A stretch of 32,000 bases of DNA from Acaryochloris thomasi RCC1774 (GTDB lineage: Bacteria; Cyanobacteriota; Cyanobacteriia; Thermosynechococcales; Thermosynechococcaceae), in the NCBI RefSeq assembly GCF_003231495.1, contig NZ_PQWO01000006.1, positions 257,387 through 289,386 of the forward strand, read 5' to 3'. The notes below the pieces were generated by a model. It saw only the letters and a list, made by a program, of their open reading frames with translations, was not told the origin of the DNA and searched no databases. The translations under genes were made by a program, and so were the position numbers. Below are positions 1-7,271 of this stretch, piece after piece (position 1 is the first letter of the stretch; each line of letters opens with the position of its first letter).

Positions 1-186
1 TGATCTCCAGTTGGGGTTTGTACCCCAGCCATCATGGGCAAATCGCAACGCAATTGCCTTCGAATCTGTCGACGTCATAGCGTTATCTCCTGTACGAGCA
101 ATAAATTGAGATGTTTGGGGCGGGAGTGGAGCGACCGCCAGGGAATCAGCGATTGCCACTCCTCTCGATGGGACAAAATGTGCCAT
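1..186 (-). CDS. NTF2/SnoaL-like protein (tentative), C-terminal part lies beyond the window edge
   Basis: The minus-strand frame is open from 186 to position 1. There is an ATG at 186 and a second ATG at 78 preceded by AGGAGA 7 nt upstream. Translation from 78 is MTSTDSKAIALRFAHDGWGTNPNWRS, which resembles SnoaL/ester-cyclase N-termini. The listed + ORF 34..333 is Cys/Arg-rich and looks like an antisense shadow. Confidence 0.35.
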   Translation of the reverse strand, partial: MAHFVPSRGVAIADSLAVAPLPPQTSQFIARTGDNAMTSTDSKAIALRFAHDGWGTNPNWRS

Positions 187-404
187 TTCTCAGTCATCCG
201 CAGGCTGACCCGAAACCACAGCGGCATTGCCACCCCACAGAAAGATGAGCAGCAGACCGAAAAATGCCAAGTGCTTGAGCGTGGAACGCTGTCCTTCATA
301 CCAGCGCAGAAGCAAGCGATATATGCGTTTTGAGTGAGATAGAAGCATTGATACTCTTCTCCATACGATGCCGTATGGTCTTAGAGTAGTATTCGTCGAT
401 ATTA

Positions 405-998
405 ATGTCAATACGCAGCCGTATGGTGAAGAAAAAAGATGGTCCTAAACTTAGTCGTCATGACTGGATTGAGCAAGGACTCAAGGCTCTGGCCGCCAGT
501 GGAATAGAGGCTGTGCGGGTAGAGCCTTTGGCGAAAATGATGCAGGTGACCAAAGGAAGCTTCTATTGGCACTTCAGAAATCGAGCTGAGCTATTAACAG
601 CGATTTTGGAGAAGTGGGTCAGCCAGCAGACTGATGGCATCATTGATCAGGTGGAGGCAGCGGGGGGGATGCCCCGTGAAAAGTTGCTACGTCTCTTTGA
701 GTTAGCAATCCAAGACGAAGGGCGCGAAGAGATTGCAATTAGGGCTTGGGCGACCAACGATGCCATAGTTGCTAAGACGTTAGTTCAGGTCGATCAGCGG
801 CGCTTAGACTATACAAAGGATTTATTTATCAGCATTGGTTTTACGTCGACCGAAGCCTTGGTGCGGGCGCGGATGGCTTACTATGCCCTCGTGGGCGAAT
901 TTGCTATCGGGGTTTACCCCAAGGCATACGCCAATCAGGCAGAGCGGCTAACAGAGATACGCCTCCGGTATGAAATTCTGGTTAATACCACTGAGTAA
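405..998 (+). CDS. TetR/AcrR family transcriptional regulator
   Basis: 197-aa ORF. The N-terminal HTH 'LAKMMQVTKGSFYWHFRNRAELL' is the TetR signature. ATG at 405 (alternative ATG at 423). Confidence 0.9.
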   Translation: MSIRSRMVKKKDGPKLSRHDWIEQGLKALAASGIEAVRVEPLAKMMQVTKGSFYWHFRNRAELLTAILEKWVSQQTDGIIDQVEAAGGMPREKLLRLFELAIQDEGREEIAIRAWATNDAIVAKTLVQVDQRRLDYTKDLFISIGFTSTEALVRARMAYYALVGEFAIGVYPKAYANQAERLTEIRLRYEILVNTTE

Positions 999-1031
999 GA
1001 CAGTCAGTGAAACGGTTGTATGAGTGTGAGT

Positions 1032-1057
1032 CGGCCAAAGGTTCGGTGCTTTGGCCG
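1032..1057 (+). terminator. Perfect 9-bp hairpin downstream of the TetR gene (terminator candidate)
   Basis: cggccaaag / gttcggtg / ctttggccg, 34 nt after the TetR stop codon. No U-tract follows, so the function is a guess. Confidence 0.3.
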
Positions 1058-1117
1058 TAATGCTTGAATGTCCGTCAAAGCCATACATGAAGCCGGGGCG
1101 CAGCACCACTCTTTTGT

Positions 1118-1471
1118 ACTAAGAAATGGACATCGAAAAGAGTTCTTGCTCTAGGTCCATGCGAAAGGCTAAAGCATGGTCGGGATTACTCGGTGTCGTC
1201 TCACCCATCACGAACTCAGGGCGTTTAGCGTCTTTCTACCTGGACGCGCCCCTCAGTCTGAATCGTAATAATATGCTGGGCCGCTTGATGCGCGGGTGTT
1301 TCGTGAGATGAGTGGTAATGATATTCAAAATGAAGATGGTCCCAGGCCACGTCTCAGCTTGAGATCAAGGCGGCAGGCTGGGTGAGCACCTGTGAGATAC
1401 TTTTTTCCTGCCGAAAATCAACTTCGATTGAGTCCCCGTTTGTCATGGAATGGCTGCTCCTCATACTTCAT
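1118..1471 (-). pseudogene. Decayed AraC-type regulator N-terminal (ligand-domain) remnant
   Basis: The minus-strand segment 1228..1356 translates to DVAWDHLHFEYHYHSSHETPAHQAAQHIITIQTEGRVQVERR. It aligns with residues ~30-66 of the intact AraC at 2206 (FTIEHHMEKPGELTTSGVAQHALLVTMSEGSTHQF), sharing E-x-H ... E ... AQH ... EG. It is bounded by stops, and neighbouring segments continue only in other frames. No HTH part remains because the TetR gene ends at 998. Confidence 0.35.
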
Positions 1472-1505
1472 ATTTTACGGGTCAGCCACAACCTGTTGGA
1501 GCATT

Positions 1506-2030
1506 CTAGGTTTGAACATGTGCTTCCAGCATCCACAAAAACTTGTCAGTTGACCGAGAGATTTCGGTATAGAGGTCTGCGGTATTTGCTTCACCAAGAC
1601 CCTGAGCAATCTCGATAGAGGATCGCACCGACCGAGCATACACAGCCATCTGCTCAGCCAGCAACAAGACGTATCCCTGCCCCTCTCTGCTGCTCAACCG
1701 ATAGTCAGGAATTTCAGAAAACTGTGCTGCAGTGCGGGCCGTTCCCAACGCCACTCCGCCCAGGGCCACAATGCGTTCACCCACCAATGTCGCAAAATAA
1801 TTGAGCTGTTCTGCCAGTTGCTCGAATAGTTGATATAGAGAGAAAAACTGCATCCCTTTGACGTTCCAGTGGGCGCAGTTTACCTGAGTCCAGAGATCAA
1901 TCGTCGAGGCTAAGGTGCGATTGAGAATTTCAATTATCTCTACCTGAACCTCAGGAGCCAAATCAATTCGCGTCGAATAGTAGCTGCCGTCGGATTTCAT
2001 GCTGGCCCAGCGTTTAGATGTGCTCAACAT
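1506..2030 (-). CDS. dps: Dps family DNA-protection / ferritin-like protein
   Basis: Dps hallmarks 'CAHWNVKGMQFFSLYQLFEQLAEQL' and 'ERIVALGG'. The listed ORF runs to 2099, but homology starts near YSTRIDL, so ATG 2030 (MLSTSKRW) or ATG 2000 (MKSDGSYY) is the more likely start. Confidence 0.85.
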   Translation of the reverse strand: MLSTSKRWASMKSDGSYYSTRIDLAPEVQVEIIEILNRTLASTIDLWTQVNCAHWNVKGMQFFSLYQLFEQLAEQLNYFATLVGERIVALGGVALGTARTAAQFSEIPDYRLSSREGQGYVLLLAEQMAVYARSVRSSIEIAQGLGEANTADLYTEISRSTDKFLWMLEAHVQT

Positions 2031-2205
2031 AGTAAAATTAGCCAAATTTTGTCTTGTCACCTTTTGGGATCTTTGGTCTGATCTAGAATCCATGCACAAT
2101 TAAGTAGGTCTGTATTACCTAAAGTGTGGTGGTATAGACACTCACAGACAGAAGACAACAGAACTGAAAATATTTAGGAACTAGGCAAAGCCACAGGACT
2201 ACATT

Positions 2206-3096
2206 TTGAATAACTCAACCTCAAAGGCTTCGTTTTCTAACATTGTTCCTGACGACTGGGTTTTATCGCGACAGCCGCTGAAGTCGGGTGGCTTCACCAT
2301 TGAGCATCACATGGAAAAACCGGGTGAACTGACAACATCTGGCGTTGCCCAACATGCGTTATTAGTCACAATGAGCGAGGGCAGTACGCATCAGTTTACC
2401 CGGCTTGGGAAGCAAGTCTATGAAGGCGAGAACCCTGCGGGTGCTTTCTGGTTAGCCTCTGCCAATACATCAGCAGAGTGGGCCTGGAAAACCGTTGATG
2501 AGACGGTCGCATTTGTCATCGAGCCTTCGCATTTGCAGCAGGTCGCAGCGGAAACCGAGTGTTTAGATCCTAGTTCAGTTGCATTACGCAATGTTGCCTT
2601 TGGGCGTGATTCGCAGCTTGAGTTTTTAGCTCAATGCTGTCGCCAGGAATTTCTACGGCAAGAAATAGGTGATCGCATCTACACCGATTCCCTCGCCAAT
2701 ATCATTGCACTTCACTTGCTTCGCAACTACTGTACCCATAAGCCACTCATCCGCGAGTGTGCAAAGGGGATGGGAAACAAGCGACTCCGGAATGTGCTGG
2801 AGTATATCGATACTCATTTAGATCAGGAAATCGGGTTGGCTGACTTAGCGGCCGTGGCGAAGATGAGTCAGCATCATCTCTCTCCCATGTTTAAGCAGTC
2901 CACTGGCCTACCTCCCTATCGCTATGTTTTGCAACAGCGGATCCAGCGGGCGAAGCAGCTACTCAAGCAGGATTCCCTCTCGATTACCGACGTGGCCTTG
3001 AGCAGTGGGTTTGCCGATCAGAGTCATCTGACAAAGCATTTCCGTAAGTCTGTGGGCGTCACTCCCAAAGCCTATCGAGAGAACCAAAATCTCTAA
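2206..3096 (+). CDS. AraC family transcriptional regulator
   Basis: 296 aa. C-terminal double HTH 'LADLAAVAKMSQHHLSPMFKQSTGLPPYRYVLQQRIQRAKQLL...ITDVALSSGFADQSHLTKHFRKSVGVTPKAYR'. TTG start at 2206 with AGGA 8 nt upstream; a stop lies in frame at 2182. Confidence 0.85.
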   Translation: MNNSTSKASFSNIVPDDWVLSRQPLKSGGFTIEHHMEKPGELTTSGVAQHALLVTMSEGSTHQFTRLGKQVYEGENPAGAFWLASANTSAEWAWKTVDETVAFVIEPSHLQQVAAETECLDPSSVALRNVAFGRDSQLEFLAQCCRQEFLRQEIGDRIYTDSLANIIALHLLRNYCTHKPLIRECAKGMGNKRLRNVLEYIDTHLDQEIGLADLAAVAKMSQHHLSPMFKQSTGLPPYRYVLQQRIQRAKQLLKQDSLSITDVALSSGFADQSHLTKHFRKSVGVTPKAYRENQNL

Positions 3097-3108
3097 ACAA
3101 CGTAGCCC

Positions 3109-3609
3109 TTACAAAACAGTTCCGAAAAGCCAAGCATCAAGGGAGAAGCTTCCAGGGCCAAACGCCAACAGGACAATCAACATTAGGTTGTAAACAAAGG
3201 CTTTCTCCTGACTCGGGGGTTCACCTTTGCCGTTTTCACCTTCGTACTCTCCTGCAGGTATCAGATAGGGATCATTGGCAATGAAGGGTAGACCTTTGGT
3301 GATTTCTAAAACCAAAGCAAATGCCATCGAAGCCAGCAGTGCTAAACAGGTCAGAGGCGTCAATAAACCAAAGGTCAGGCAAATACCGCCCAAGACCATG
3401 GATGAAGCCGATAAAAAACATAGATAAATCGGCATCTCTAAAGATTCGGACCACTGCTGCAGATGGGTCACTTTTGGATAGCCGTGCAGCACAAACAGGA
3501 TGCCCAGGCCGACTCGCAGAGCCAGTAGGGTGCCGCCCTGTATACCGGTGGGAAAGGCTGGATAAAGCGATCGCAACAAGTCTAAAGCAGACTCTAAAAA
3601 ATTGAGCAT
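3109..3609 (-). CDS. DoxX family membrane protein
   Basis: 166 aa with about four hydrophobic segments. 'LRVGLGILFVLHGYPKV' is a DoxX-type N-terminal motif. Its ATG overlaps the upstream stop by 1 nt (TAATG). Confidence 0.7.
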   Translation of the reverse strand: MLNFLESALDLLRSLYPAFPTGIQGGTLLALRVGLGILFVLHGYPKVTHLQQWSESLEMPIYLCFLSASSMVLGGICLTFGLLTPLTCLALLASMAFALVLEITKGLPFIANDPYLIPAGEYEGENGKGEPPSQEKAFVYNLMLIVLLAFGPGSFSLDAWLFGTVL

Positions 3610-4499
3610 TATTTCAATAAATCAATGGTGTACAAAGAGCGGCCCGCTGTGATGAAAAGACGCCTGCCATCCTGACCGCCGAAGGTCAGATTGGCACAGA
3701 CTTCAGGCACCAGAATCTTGCCGAGACAAGTCCCGTCGGGAGCGTATACCTGAATACTGTCGGCGGAGGTAATAAACAGATTGCCCTGCGGATCAACCTT
3801 GAGACCGTCGGGCTGACCGGGTTCAATGGCGCTAAACAATCGACCATTCGCCACCTGCTTTTCGTCAACAAGATCGTAGGCTCGAACGTAGTGATGCCCC
3901 TGAGGATAGTTGACCTGAGAGGTATCCGAGACGTACAGAATCTTTTCGTCAGGACTAAACGCCAGTCCATTGGGGCGTTCCATTTCTGTGATCACCGCAT
4001 CGATTTCTCCAGTCTCGGGATCAAAGCGGAACACGAAGCTTCCAGGCTGTTCCTGCTGTCCGCTGCAGCCTTCTCCAGCCTGAGTCAAGCCAAAGGGAGG
4101 ATCGGTAAACCAGAGGGTGCCATCCCTTTTCATGACAACATCATTGGGGCTGTTCAAACGGTTGTTTTGGTGGCGGTCCACCAATGTTTGCCACTCTCCG
4201 CTGTGTTCACGCCTGACAATGGCGCGTTTTCCATGAGAGCAACTGACCAGTCGCCCTTCTAGATCGAGGCAATTTCCATTTTGATAATCGCTGGGTTCGC
4301 GGATTACTTGGGTGCCGTCCTGAACACTCCAGCGAAAGACTCGGTTACCGCTGACGTCACTCCAAATTACGCTGTTGTCTTCCGGCAAATAGACTGGGCC
4401 TTCGCTGTGCTTTGCGCCCTCTGCTAACTGCTTGAGTTCTGCATTAGGTGAAATCAGATCGCATAAACGAGAGTCGTAAATAACAAGCGTCTTAGACAT
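3609..4499 (-). CDS. SMP-30/gluconolactonase/LRE family protein
   Basis: Beta-propeller lactonase motifs: SEGPVY, NSPNDVV..DGTLWFTDP, RPNGLAFSPDEKILYVSDT, PDGLKVD..GNL. The start was chosen at ATG 4499 (MSKTLVIYDS); the listed ORF extends to 4550. Confidence 0.8.
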   Translation of the reverse strand: MSKTLVIYDSRLCDLISPNAELKQLAEGAKHSEGPVYLPEDNSVIWSDVSGNRVFRWSVQDGTQVIREPSDYQNGNCLDLEGRLVSCSHGKRAIVRREHSGEWQTLVDRHQNNRLNSPNDVVMKRDGTLWFTDPPFGLTQAGEGCSGQQEQPGSFVFRFDPETGEIDAVITEMERPNGLAFSPDEKILYVSDTSQVNYPQGHHYVRAYDLVDEKQVANGRLFSAIEPGQPDGLKVDPQGNLFITSADSIQVYAPDGTCLGKILVPEVCANLTFGGQDGRRLFITAGRSLYTIDLLK

Positions 4500-4521
4500 G
4501 GGGCATTGCCTCGACAAGTTT

Positions 4522-5466
4522 CTACCGACATCCGACGAGCAACAAAGCATGGCCGTCAGGGTCTTTGATTAGACAGCCCCGACGAAATCGATAGGTGTCG
4601 GGAAAGTTCACCCAATGGGGAGAGACGATTTCAACATCTGCTTGTTTGAGCTGCTCTAGGGCCGATTCAATCTCTTCAGTTTCAAGAATAATATGCATGT
4701 GAGCTAGGTCGCTCGCGTCCCAGTGTTCAGGAATGGGGCGACCGGTACCCGGCTTGATATAGTCTAAAAGCTCAATGCCGATGCTGGTTTGAGCGGGCTG
4801 CAGGGGAATAACCTGAACGTCAGCGATGGGTAAGCCATCAAGAGTCGCCTGGACTTCGCCAGAGTGAAGCGTGCTGCTAACGACCGTCATGCCTAGAAGG
4901 TCGCGATAGAACTGCCTGCTGATGTCGGCGTTAGAAATTGCGATCGCACTATGATCGATCCCCAAGAACAAATCATCGCTGTTCTGATGCCACTTCTCTT
5001 TGCCCTTCCCTTCAGGGAACCAAATCAGCTCTAGACTTCGATAGTCAACATCTCTGAACTTGAAGGCCCGTACCCCGCCTGCGGTCGGGTTGTTTGCTGG
5101 AATGGTTTGAGGCCCGTCCGAAATTGGCTCAACGGAAAAGGACTGCAGATGCTTGTAGGCGCGGTCTAAATCGCTGACAACGATCGCCATATGCTGAAAC
5201 CAAAGATCGTTGCTCTGAGAATCCCTCGGAATCGGTGCAGAATCCGAGTCGAGACAGTCAACTAATTCGATAGTTTCATCCCCAAGCTGAAGCGTGACAA
5301 TCCGCACCGGACGAGGCGGAACGTCAGCAATCTGGCTATAGTTAGCTGCTTCTATCGTAATGTCACCCACGGGCTTGAAACCCAGAGCCTGAATATAGAA
5401 GCTCTGGGTGCGGTCAAGTTCCGCCACCGTCAGGGCAATGGAGTGAATTGCTTTGACGGCAACCAT
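4522..5466 (-). CDS. Two-domain VOC (glyoxalase/bleomycin-resistance/extradiol dioxygenase) family protein
   Basis: 314 aa with two tandem VOC-like halves ('IHSIALTVAELDRTQSFYIQALGF', 'IDHSAIAISNADISRQFYRDLLGM' ... 'IKDPDGHALLL'). Confidence 0.75.
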   Translation of the reverse strand: MVAVKAIHSIALTVAELDRTQSFYIQALGFKPVGDITIEAANYSQIADVPPRPVRIVTLQLGDETIELVDCLDSDSAPIPRDSQSNDLWFQHMAIVVSDLDRAYKHLQSFSVEPISDGPQTIPANNPTAGGVRAFKFRDVDYRSLELIWFPEGKGKEKWHQNSDDLFLGIDHSAIAISNADISRQFYRDLLGMTVVSSTLHSGEVQATLDGLPIADVQVIPLQPAQTSIGIELLDYIKPGTGRPIPEHWDASDLAHMHIILETEEIESALEQLKQADVEIVSPHWVNFPDTYRFRRGCLIKDPDGHALLLVGCR

Positions 5467-5467
5467 C

Positions 5468-5932
5468 TCAGCTCAAGTCTCCTGGACGCATCCCCAGCCA
5501 GCGATCGCCCTCTAGCTGAATGATCATCATCTGAACCGGCTGCTCACCCACGGTTCCAGAGATGTGGCCTTGATGTCCCTCGGCGTTTGGCTTTGTGTCT
5601 TGATCGGCTCCAAACGAGATCTCGCCAGTCCCCATTTCGACTCGTTTACCGTCCATTGTTTCGACATACCAGCAGCCCGACAGGGGCACAATCCACTGCG
5701 GCTTAGGATTTTCGTGCCATTCACCAACCCAGCCCACCGGCAGCTCGGCGAACAGGATCTTAGCGTCAGCGCTCATCAAGCGATTGTTCCACTGCGGATC
5801 GGCGTCGCCGCCCATGCTTTCTTGCTCAAAGTTAGTCAGCTCACAGCGGGTTTGGTGGCTGATGCCGTCATCGTCAGTCCAGACATGCCAATAGGGCTGG
5901 GTTGGTGGATTCTCACTGGAAGGAGCGGTCAT
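5468..5932 (-). CDS. Cupin-like small protein (first gene of the operon)
   Basis: 154 aa with a beta-rich 'WHENPKPQWIVPLSGCWYVETMDGKRVEMGTGEISFG' cupin-like core. Its stop is 1 nt from the next gene's ATG. Confidence 0.5.
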   Translation of the reverse strand: MTAPSSENPPTQPYWHVWTDDDGISHQTRCELTNFEQESMGGDADPQWNNRLMSADAKILFAELPVGWVGEWHENPKPQWIVPLSGCWYVETMDGKRVEMGTGEISFGADQDTKPNAEGHQGHISGTVGEQPVQMMIIQLEGDRWLGMRPGDLS

Positions 5933-5950
5933 TGTTCAAGTCTCTATTAT

Positions 5951-6006
5951 TCATAATTAAGATGACATGGCCCACCGTCGGAACAATCTATCTTCAGAGA
6001 GATATT
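5951..6006 (-). promoter_or_regulatory. Promoter/operator module shared with katG (copy 1)
   Basis: The 56 nt TCATAATTAAGATGACATGG...CAATCTATCTTCAGAGAGATATT align with 9652..9709. The first 14 nt are identical, and both carry the palindromic block ATCTnTCTkCAGAnAGAT (here 5986..6003). On the minus strand a TATGAA -10-like hexamer lies at 5950..5955. Confidence 0.55.
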
Positions 6007-6126
6007 AAACTCTAAACCTGGATTTCTCATAGGCAGGATTTAACAAATTGATTCAGCGCTATTCGTTGGGGCTTTGAACTAGAATACAGTTTCGAGCTGG
6101 GCAGCACACACTTTCGAGACTGAGTG

Positions 6127-6951
6127 ATGCAAGATACCGAACAAGCAGACAAGCAGTACTCTAACAAGGATCTGGAACAAAGGAGAACTTGGTATTCTCC
6201 CGCAGCAGAGGCTTATAACAAAGCACGACCTCACTATCCAAAAGCATTGATCAATCGAGTTGTTGAATTGACTCAACTTACCGATAATGCAAGGATTCTT
6301 GAAATAGGATGTGGTCCTGGAACTGCAACAGTTGCGTTTGCTGAGTTTGATTTTTCAATGGTTTGCCTTGAGCCAAACCCAGATTTTTGCACAATTGCTC
6401 AAAAGAATTGTGCTGAGTACCCGAAAGTCAAGATCCAAAATACTTCATTTGAGGAGTGGACCCTGGAGGTAGGGCGATTCGATGCTGTTGTAGCAGCGAC
6501 TTCAATTCATTGGATACGACCAGAAGTTGCGTACCCGAAAATAGCTAATGCTTTACAGAACAATGGTGCACTCATTTTATTGTGGAATGTACCAGCCATT
6601 TCTTCTCGTGAGGTCCATCAAATATTTCAGGACGTCTACCAAGTTCATGCTCCCTCTCTATTGAAGTACAAAGGGAAGGAAACTCATGAAGCAGAACTGA
6701 AAAAACTTGAACAAATTTTTACCAATTCAGGTCAATTCAAGGATATCGTGTTTGAACAGATTGTGTGGGAAACAGCGTACAGTGTGGATGAGTATCTGAC
6801 ACTGTTGAGTACCTTTTCACAATATTTGGAGCTAAATGAGAAAAGCAGAGATGATCTATGTGAAGGATTACGAAAGAAAATAGACAAAAACTTCGCGGGC
6901 CGCCTCCAACTCTCAAATCTTTCTGCTTTTCATATTGCCCGAAAAAAGTGA
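6127..6951 (+). CDS. Class I SAM-dependent methyltransferase
   Basis: SAM motif I 'ILEIGCGPGTATVAF'. The listed ORF starts at GTG 6124, immediately followed by ATG 6127. Confidence 0.85.
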   Translation: MQDTEQADKQYSNKDLEQRRTWYSPAAEAYNKARPHYPKALINRVVELTQLTDNARILEIGCGPGTATVAFAEFDFSMVCLEPNPDFCTIAQKNCAEYPKVKIQNTSFEEWTLEVGRFDAVVAATSIHWIRPEVAYPKIANALQNNGALILLWNVPAISSREVHQIFQDVYQVHAPSLLKYKGKETHEAELKKLEQIFTNSGQFKDIVFEQIVWETAYSVDEYLTLLSTFSQYLELNEKSRDDLCEGLRKKIDKNFAGRLQLSNLSAFHIARKK

Positions 6952-6993
6952 TATTGGTAACTGATAAAGTATCCAAGTTTAGCGTTCATCTAA

Positions 6994-7059
6994 TCAGTAA
7001 GACGTTCCTTTGCGATCGCTAAAAAATTTCCCCGTCATCGCCAGCGTGTCCTTGTCCCT
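6994..7059 (-). pseudogene. 3'-terminal remnant of an SDR paralogue
   Basis: The minus strand reads RDKDTLAMTGKFFSDRKGTSY-stop, versus ...EATLAMTGKFFSDRIETAY-stop for the intact SDR at 9719. Nt 7013..7047 match 9738..9772 at 33/35 positions, the first 26 identical. An in-frame TGA lies immediately upstream (7060..7062). Confidence 0.6.
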
Positions 7060-7133
7060 TCACCACATTAGCTCTGCCAGAAAATTCATTCCCAATTCTA
7101 GATCACTTGCACCTAACGTCTGCTCGGCAAGGA

Positions 7134-7195
7134 TGTGTTGCAAGGAATAGCAAGGCTTATAAGCTACTACTAGAGCAGTCCATCCTTGCAACACA
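7134..7195. repeat. 13-bp perfect inverted repeat with a nested 10-nt palindrome
   Basis: tgtgttgcaagga (7134..7146) pairs with tccttgcaacaca (7183..7195). The 36-nt spacer contains the palindrome gcttataagc (7155..7164). Confidence 0.7.
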
Positions 7196-7227
7196 ACTAA
7201 TTAGACAGTCCTAATCAACACATAACA

Positions 7228-7270
7228 GGCTCGGGGCTTTGTTGATACATTTCTGTCTTCTAGCCGAGCC
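7228..7270 (-). terminator. Hairpin directly after the katG stop codon (terminator candidate)
   Basis: ggctcgg (7228..7234) pairs with ccgagcc (7264..7270). On the minus strand it is followed by the T-rich TGTTATGTGTTGATT. The loop is large, so this is weak. Confidence 0.3.
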
Positions 7271-7271
7271 G

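Noticed and set aside
34-333. 99-aa + ORF at the left edge, and minus ORF 75..299
   Set aside because: The translations are Cys/Arg-rich. The third minus frame gives a protein-like SnoaL-type N-terminus with a good SD.
1126-1618. Listed + ORFs 1126..1311 and 1382..1618
   Set aside because: Their composition is implausible, and the second overlaps the Dps gene antisense. The minus strand of the same region carries the AraC-like remnant.
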